Below, in pieces: positions 16,713 through 22,145 of a stretch of DNA of 22,145 nucleotides (position 1 is the stretch's first letter; each line of letters begins with the position of its first letter). The notes beneath the pieces were generated by a model. That model was not told the origin of the DNA, ran no database searches, and saw only the letters and a program-made list of their open reading frames with translations. The stretch covers positions 1 to 22,145 of the forward strand of contig CAXBPH010000100.1 of assembly GCA_963977445.1 (NCBI GenBank), read 5' to 3'. The translations under genes were made by a program, and so were the position numbers. Source of the DNA: an uncultured bacterium (GTDB lineage Bacteria > Hydrogenedentota > Hydrogenedentia > Hydrogenedentales > JAEUWI01).

Positions 16713-18716
16713 TCACTCCCCTTCTCGCCACGGGCCTTCGAAGCCCGCCACGTCTTGCCAGCTATCGGTTTCGATGATTCCGGCCCGATCCATGTTGGCG
16801 GCACCGGTGTGCTCGATGTTTCGGCGGTACTCGGCCAGGGCGGTGAGGGCCGCGCCCCGTTCTTCGCGGGTGGCCTGGAGGTCGTTCATCACCGCCGCCG
16901 TCTGGGTGCAGCGTTTGGCGTGAACTAATCCGTAGCGCAAAAATTGAACCCGCCGGAGGGCAAGGCGGTCGCCGGCATCGTTGCAGGCGGACTCGGCTTC
17001 ATTCAGGAGCGCCAGAGCCGGGGCGAAAACGTCCGCCGGGTAGAGCTCGTCGGCCACCTGGGCGTAATGGGCATAGCGCCGAAACATGCCGTCTTTTCGC
17101 GTACGAATGGCCTCGGCCGACCGGGGGCTGTTTTCGATAGCGTAGTTTTCCCAATAGGCGAAATAAGCCCGGATAGCCGTCTCTGCCGAACCAAAGGCGG
17201 TGTAGTATTCGTCGAGTATGGATTCCACCGGAGCATCCGGGCGAACGTGAATACGCGCCAGGGTGTAGAGGTTGGGGCCCTGAGCCGCCCACATGCCCTG
17301 GAGGGAGTCGAAATCCGTGGCCACCATGCCGTGGTCGTCATAAAACTGGAAGGCATCGGCAAATTGGTGCATATACACCAGGGGCATGGTATAACCATCA
17401 AGAAACCAGTTGGGTCGGTAATAGGCGGTTACCCCGGCGTCTTGCCAGCCGGTCCACTGTTCCTTAATCCAGGCCTGCTCCGCGTCGGTGCGGGGAAACC
17501 AGCCCGCCCAGCGAAACCACGGCACAAAGCCGATGGTGATGTTCTTGTCCAGCGACAGGTCCGCCTTGGGTGCCCAAAAGTAGTTGAGGTAGGCGTAGAA
17601 ATGAATTTTCACCTCGGGGTCGATCTTCGCCGCCAGGTCGTGGACCCGTTGGGCAAACCGCGCATAGCGTGCCCCCGCCTGCACGGGCTCAAAGGAACGC
17701 TCCAGACCCGGGGGCACGGTCGTCGGGTCCACCGGCGGATCGTCCCACGCGAGACATGCGTCGCATTGGCACGCCGCCGACCCATCGCTTTCCCCCACAC
17801 CAAGGCCCAGCGGGGCATTGCCATTGTTCGCCCGTTCTTCGGCCCAGAGAGCGACGACTTGTTCCGCGAGTGCCGGATTGGAGACGCACATACTGACCCG
17901 GTGGGGCCGCTCGGGATCTTCCGGGCCCCGTTTGCCGTTGGGCAGCAATTGGAACCACTCAGGGTGTTCATCACCATATTTTTCCCACCAACCTTCAAAG
18001 GCATGGCCTGAACCAAATTTCCGCTGGGAAAAATAGGTGTCCGCCGAATGACCCATGCGGTGACGTCGCAAGAAAACCGATTGGTTGTGCCCATAGATTT
18101 CCCGCGCTCCTTCCGAGAAGGCCAGGCGCGGGTCCGCCGTGGCAAAGCCCTTGGGCCCCAGGCTCGGCCGAAGGTTGCGTTGCAGATAGCGGGGTAGCAG
18201 GATTTCGTCCACGGCATCAAAGAAGAGCGTCGCCTGCCGGGGAACCACCGTGCCCAGATCACCCGGCCACAACCAGCGCACGCCGAGTTCTCGTTCGAGA
18301 ATTTCATAGACGCCCCATAAGACACCACTTTCCGATAACCCGGTGCTCAGGGGGTTGCCCGGCCCATCGTCTGCCGCGATGTAAAGGTCTTTCCCCATAC
18401 TCCGTAGCACAACAGCTTCCGAAGGAAGGGCGTGAACATCGATTCCTGCGGCTTCGGCGGCACTGGTCGGACCCAGAAAAATACGGGCACCCGATGCCGG
18501 AGCCTCCCCCTCCTTCACTACCGCAAGTTTTCGCCGGGTAGCCAACTGGATATGCTCCACCAATTCCCTGGCCGCGTATTCCGTGACCGCTTCCCCATCA
18601 TCAGGGATGACCACCACAGCAGGCCCAGAGCCGTCGCCGGGTATGACGGGGATCGATTGGGCCCAAATGGCTGGAGCAGCGGCAAGTACAAAAATCCAGG
18701 AAAAAACACGAAGCAC
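16713..18716 (-). CDS. Secreted DUF4838 domain-containing protein (putative glycoside hydrolase-like)
   Basis: GTG start after AGGAGG and a signal peptide. N-terminal YAARELVEHI...GVLWGVYEILERELGVRWLWPG domain, followed by HPEWFQL, MCVSNP, CQCDAC, FYAY, PNLYTLAR and ILDEYYTAFG. Confidence 0.8.
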   Translation of the reverse strand: MLRVFSWIFVLAAAPAIWAQSIPVIPGDGSGPAVVVIPDDGEAVTEYAARELVEHIQLATRRKLAVVKEGEAPASGARIFLGPTSAAEAAGIDVHALPSEAVVLRSMGKDLYIAADDGPGNPLSTGLSESGVLWGVYEILERELGVRWLWPGDLGTVVPRQATLFFDAVDEILLPRYLQRNLRPSLGPKGFATADPRLAFSEGAREIYGHNQSVFLRRHRMGHSADTYFSQRKFGSGHAFEGWWEKYGDEHPEWFQLLPNGKRGPEDPERPHRVSMCVSNPALAEQVVALWAEERANNGNAPLGLGVGESDGSAACQCDACLAWDDPPVDPTTVPPGLERSFEPVQAGARYARFAQRVHDLAAKIDPEVKIHFYAYLNYFWAPKADLSLDKNITIGFVPWFRWAGWFPRTDAEQAWIKEQWTGWQDAGVTAYYRPNWFLDGYTMPLVYMHQFADAFQFYDDHGMVATDFDSLQGMWAAQGPNLYTLARIHVRPDAPVESILDEYYTAFGSAETAIRAYFAYWENYAIENSPRSAEAIRTRKDGMFRRYAHYAQVADELYPADVFAPALALLNEAESACNDAGDRLALRRVQFLRYGLVHAKRCTQTAAVMNDLQATREERGAALTALAEYRRNIEHTGAANMDRAGIIETDSWQDVAGFEGPWREGE

Positions 18717-18871
18717 GATACAACCTCCTCACGCGTTGATGGTGTCGGACCATCATAACCGGGGCGATGAAAAGGTGCAAGAGGCCGTTGGTCATTCCCG
18801 CGCAGGGCTAACGAATACCCTATGACGATGGGCTAAATACCAGCAGTCCCGAACTTCAAAAGCCCACGGCG

Positions 18872-18906
18872 GGGTGGCACGGACAAGTCCCCCGGACTTG
18901 CCCGTG
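18872..18906. repeat. REP-like 35-nt palindrome (GGGTGGCACG family)
   Basis: GGGTGG-CACGG-A-CAAGTCC-CCC-GGACTTG-C-CCGTG, the same architecture as the two arms at 21611-21778. Confidence 0.75.
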
Positions 18907-19083
18907 GGCGCAGGCGTTGCGCTTCGGTATCGCCAAAAAAGCGTATCGGGCAGGTATACTGGCATGGTGATTCACCAACGTGCAGGGAACCAAAGTTCCT
19001 GGCACCGTATTAATAAACCAGCAGACAAGTCGTACCCTGAACCTGAATCTGTAACTCGTCCAACCGTCGGAGTCAATAGCCCC

Positions 19084-19803
19084 ATGAGAATTGCCCTGCT
19101 CCTCGCCGCGCTCTTTACCGTGGTCGCCCCTGCCGAAAACCCGGTACAAATCCTGACGACGGGCCTGTTTCACCAGGATGAGTTCAAGGCCGAGGCGGGC
19201 CCGGACTGGTGGGGCATCTTCCCGGAGGGCGAGGGCTTCACCCTCCAGCCCGCGCCGGTGACCGTGACCATTGAACAGGATGGCATCATGGACAACGATA
19301 ATGAAAAGACGGGGCGCGTGGTAAACGTTCCGCAGAAGACGCGGCCGGTACTGCTCCTGCGCGGCCTGCCGAATCTGACGGAAGGGCCCCTGGATGCCGC
19401 CGAGTTGCCCGCCGGGCGCAACTTTCTCTATCCCGGCCAACACCTGAGCCTGTCATCGGGGCCGGACAAACGGGTTGCCCCCATGGGGGTCACCGCCTTT
19501 GGCAGCGCCCGGGACGACACCGTGTGGGGGAACGTGTTTTTTCACGACTACCAATTTCGCCTGATCACCGGTCGGCATCCGAACAACACGACGCAGGCGG
19601 TGGGCAACATTGATCCTTTTGTACTCGACGGTATTCCCCATCTGGTCTGGGCGGGTGATATTGATCGGGACGGCAATTTTGATCTGCTCTTCGATTTCAC
19701 CGACCATTACAATAAACGACACTATGTACTCTTTGTGTCCAGTGCGGCCAAGGAGGGCGAACTTGTTGGAAAGGTTGCCGAACTGGTAACGACGGGTTGT
19801 TGA
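19084..19803 (+). CDS. Secreted hypothetical protein, paralog 1 of 3 (WWGxFP, WAGDxDxDG, C-terminal TTGC)
   Basis: ATG 19084 gives signal peptide MRIALLLAALFTVVAPA and aligns with the two downstream paralogs. The ORF-track extension to 18874 runs through a REP and is unlikely to be coding. Confidence 0.88.
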   Translation: MRIALLLAALFTVVAPAENPVQILTTGLFHQDEFKAEAGPDWWGIFPEGEGFTLQPAPVTVTIEQDGIMDNDNEKTGRVVNVPQKTRPVLLLRGLPNLTEGPLDAAELPAGRNFLYPGQHLSLSSGPDKRVAPMGVTAFGSARDDTVWGNVFFHDYQFRLITGRHPNNTTQAVGNIDPFVLDGIPHLVWAGDIDRDGNFDLLFDFTDHYNKRHYVLFVSSAAKEGELVGKVAELVTTGC

Positions 19804-19830
19804 GCCCGACGCGGCCAGCCTCGCAACGGC

Positions 19831-19871
19831 ATTGATTGACCACTTAGAACGTCAAGAACGCAAAGAATAAA
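19831..19871 (+). repeat. Intergenic TTGACCAC-type 9-nt-periodic element (paralog spacer 1)
   Basis: 33/41 identical to 20660-20700 (ATTGATTGACCAC...AGAATAAA). Confidence 0.75.
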
Positions 19872-19901
19872 TTGACTGGCAACGTAGCGGAGGAACGCCC
19901 C

Positions 19902-20630
19902 ATGGGATATGCAATTTCTATCCTGGCAATAGCCTTTCTTGCCTTGTCGGCGGACTACGCTGTTTCGGAGCCCACCGAGATTGCAAAAGTTGGGACGTGG
20001 CATGGGAGTGAGGGGCCAATGTCACCCGGCGATGGCTGGTGGGGCCTTTTTCCCGTGGAAGGCGGTTATGTGCTCGAGTCGGCGGAAGTTACGGTTGTGC
20101 CCGACTCCCCCCCGATGGGCGATAAAACTGGCGGGCGAACCGGGAAGAAACTTTCAATATCCCAGAAGACCGAACCCCTTTTCCTGGTGCGTGGCGCGAA
20201 TAGATTGAAGGAAGGCCCCGTCGTCTCGTTGGCCCTGCCGCCCGAGGGGACTTTTCTCTATCCGGGGCAAGCGCTCAACCTGACCCAAACTAAGGAAGGA
20301 GTGACCGACCTAGAATCCCTGGTCGCGCTCGGCACATACGCCAAACTTGAGGAAAGCTATTACGGGTTCTCGGGCTATCGGCTTCGATTGATTTCTGAGA
20401 CGTCACCGACCAGGGAGTCGCAAGTAGTGGCATCGGTTAGTATTTGCGATCCCTACTCGGGGCCGAGGATCTTTTGGGCAGGAGACCTTGACGGAGATGG
20501 TAAGACGGATCTCTTTCTTGACATTAGCAAATACGAAATCAATTCCCACTTTGTGCTTTATCTTTCTTCGGCCGCGAAAGAGGGCGAGCTCGTGGGGCTG
20601 GTTGGAGAGTGGATAACGTTGGGCTGTTGA
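19902..20630 (+). CDS. Secreted hypothetical protein, paralog 2 of 3
   Basis: GGAGG RBS and ATG 19902, with a signal peptide. Motifs WWGLFP, FLYPGQ, WAGDLDGDGKTDL and LSSAAKEGELVG...TLGC. Confidence 0.9.
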   Translation: MGYAISILAIAFLALSADYAVSEPTEIAKVGTWHGSEGPMSPGDGWWGLFPVEGGYVLESAEVTVVPDSPPMGDKTGGRTGKKLSISQKTEPLFLVRGANRLKEGPVVSLALPPEGTFLYPGQALNLTQTKEGVTDLESLVALGTYAKLEESYYGFSGYRLRLISETSPTRESQVVASVSICDPYSGPRIFWAGDLDGDGKTDLFLDISKYEINSHFVLYLSSAAKEGELVGLVGEWITLGC

Positions 20631-20659
20631 TGCAGGCGTTGAACATAGTCTGGGACGAG

Positions 20660-20700
20660 ATTGATTGACCACAGAGAGCGCAGAGAACACAGAGAATAAA
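20660..20700 (+). repeat. Intergenic TTGACCAC-type element (paralog spacer 2)
   Basis: ATTGATTGACCACAGAGAGCGCAGAGAACACAGAGAATAAA contains three 9-nt CRCAGAGAR units and is homologous to 19831-19871. Confidence 0.78.
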
Positions 20701-20730
20701 CAGACCGGCACGACAACGTAGGTACGACCT

Positions 20731-21465
20731 ATGGCATACACGCGTTTAGTTCTGACCGGAGCGCTATTTGCTCTGACATCCTTTCATGCAGCGAGCGAAC
20801 CCGTCCAAATCATTCTTTCCGGCGTATGGTCTGGAGCCGATGTGCAAGTTGAATCGGGAATGGATTGGTGGGGCCTGTTTCCCGACGGGGACGGTTTCAA
20901 ACTCGAGTCGGCTCCAATCACCGTAACTCGTGCTTTCGATGGCATGGTGGATTCGGAGGGTGAAATGACAGGAAAAGAGGTGGCCATCCCTAAAGAAGCG
21001 AACCCTTTGCTGCTTGCTCGTGGCCTGAATACTTTGGAGGCAGGCCCCGTGGTGACGGTCAAGCCCCCTGGTGATAGTTGGCCCTTTCTCCATCCCGGTC
21101 AGGATTGCGAAATAACCCTCAATCCAGCGGACGTTCACAATCGGGTATTTATCACGGCGCTGGGTACGGCAGAATCGAAGCCAGACTCCATGCTCATTGT
21201 GCGTCGCACTTATGAACTCCGCATTTCCAAAGGGCAGGGAGAAGACCCTTCCATTCAGTCCCTCGCGAAATACCCCGAATTCACGGGTACGCACGGTCTC
21301 CGCCTCCTCTGGGCGGGCGACTTGGACCGGGACGGTCGCGTGGACCTGCTCTACAATCTAAGCACCTGGCATATGAGTTGGCATCTCGGTCTGTTTCTGT
21401 CCAGCGCGGCCAAGGAGGGTGATTTGGTCGGGTTGGTCGCAGAGTGGGTGACCACGGGGTGTTGA
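20731..21465 (+). CDS. Secreted hypothetical protein, paralog 3 of 3
   Basis: Signal peptide MAYTRLVLTGALFALTSFHAA. Motifs WWGLFP, FLHPGQ, WAGDLDRDGRVDL and LSSAAKEGDLVG...TTGC. Confidence 0.9.
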   Translation: MAYTRLVLTGALFALTSFHAASEPVQIILSGVWSGADVQVESGMDWWGLFPDGDGFKLESAPITVTRAFDGMVDSEGEMTGKEVAIPKEANPLLLARGLNTLEAGPVVTVKPPGDSWPFLHPGQDCEITLNPADVHNRVFITALGTAESKPDSMLIVRRTYELRISKGQGEDPSIQSLAKYPEFTGTHGLRLLWAGDLDRDGRVDLLYNLSTWHMSWHLGLFLSSAAKEGDLVGLVAEWVTTGC

Positions 21466-21482
21466 CCACGGATTACACGGAT
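21462..21482 (+). repeat. TTGACCACGGATTACACGGAT element overlapping the paralog 3 stop codon
   Basis: Same 5' end and CACGGAT 9-nt periodicity as the reverse complement of 22094-22123. Confidence 0.65.
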
Positions 21483-21610
21483 GGTGCGTACGTGGATGCC
21501 CCAAGGGTTGGTCCAGATAATGTTGGCGCGTCACAGCCTCTCCCCATTCGGGGACTTTCGAAAATTGCTTGGGCAGATACGTTAATCGTACTGGCGTGAA
21601 GGGGTTGTCT

Positions 21611-21778
21611 GGGTGGCACGATCAAGCCCGCAGGGTTTGCCCGTGTTGGGACTGGAAGTCGGCAAAAACGCGTCGACGAAATATAAGGTCGTGTGGGCGT
21701 TGAATAAGGTGCGCTTACATCAACCTCAGCGTACCAAAGTTTGCACGGGCAAGCCCTGAGGGCTTGACCGTGGCACCC
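21611..21778. repeat. Inverted REP doublet (REPIN/MITE-like), 35-nt arms
   Basis: 21611-21645 and 21744-21778 are reverse complements at 31/35, and each arm is itself a hairpin. The spacer is 98 nt. Confidence 0.85.
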
Positions 21779-21977
21779 CGAAATCCCCTACCCACGTTCG
21801 CGAGATCGATGGTGCTTGGGGTATGCCGAGACACCTTCCTGGCAGCACGTCTTTCCCTTCTGAACTACTATCCGGCATTTTCTTGTTTTTTGAAAGAACA
21901 CACTTCGCAAGAGCTTGTAACACAATGTCATTCTCAAGGTTACAGTCACAGACCAAGGCTGGAGAAAAGTTCCGATT

Positions 21978-22123
21978 TTGACTACGGATGAGACGGATAA
22001 AACAAAATAAACTACAAATAAGATTACCCAATTACGGTCGCGTCGGTATCGATTGTTCGAGGGGCGACTTTCGATAGATTTCCGGCGCTAAGCATCCGTG
22101 TTATCCGATTTATCCGTGGTCAA
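21978..22123. repeat. Inverted pair of TTGACYACGGAT 9-nt-periodic elements
   Basis: TTGACTACGGATGAGACGGATAA (from 21978) matches the reverse complement of 22094-22123 (TTGACCACGGATAAATCGGATAA...) at 19/23 over the first 23 nt. Confidence 0.72.
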
Positions 22124-22145
22124 TAATATTCGTGTAAATTAGTGT

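Noticed and set aside
14265..18011. Plus-strand ORFs of 370, 255 and 355 aa
   Set aside because: Antisense shadows of the SPFH, AAA and DUF4838 genes, which have clear family motifs.
18874..19083. 70-aa N-terminal extension of paralog 1
   Set aside because: It begins in a REP hairpin, is absent from the other paralogs and would bury the signal peptide.
19804..20730. Integron attC sites between the paralogs
   Set aside because: No RYYYAAC...GTTRRRY bounded palindrome is present and no integrase is in the window.
19084..21465. Diversity-generating retroelement acting on the paralogs
   Set aside because: No reverse transcriptase is present, there is no near-identical TR/VR pair, and differences are not adenine-specific.
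21449..21471. 9-nt direct repeat TGACCACGG at the end of paralog 3 as a target-site duplication
   Set aside because: The first copy encodes the conserved V-T-T-G residues and the copies are only 5 nt apart with nothing inserted between them, so it is probably coincidental.
21726..22031. Short ORFs (101 aa minus, 75 aa plus) at the right end
   Set aside because: They overlap repeat arms, lack an RBS and known motifs, and have atypical composition.

Overview
GC-rich bacterial chromosomal segment. The lineage cannot be determined from this window. The sulfatase-like, DUF4838, BNR and glycoside-hydrolase genes and the REP-like repeats resemble PVC/Hydrogenedentota-type genomes, which is inference only. 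Minus-strand genes are fabH, a sulfatase-superfamily protein, a small lipoprotein, a large alpha-galactosidase-like glycoside hydrolase, carA, a ComB-family phosphatase, YtoQ, YpdA (bacillithiol reductase-like), a YegD-like Hsp70, an SPFH+GYF_2 protein, an AAA_14/DUF4143 ATPase and a DUF4838 protein. Plus-strand genes are a BNR/sialidase-like protein and three tandem, diverged, secreted paralogs that all end in T-x-G-C-stop. The most unusual non-coding feature is a ~655-nt array of about 2.7 copies of a ~247-nt structured unit (7709-8363) between convergent genes. Several further families of short palindromic or inverted repeats occur in intergenic DNA, and some of them bracket and punctuate the paralog cluster. 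No tRNA, rRNA, CRISPR-cas, transposase or integrase was recognised. All family assignments come from motif recognition, not from database searches.
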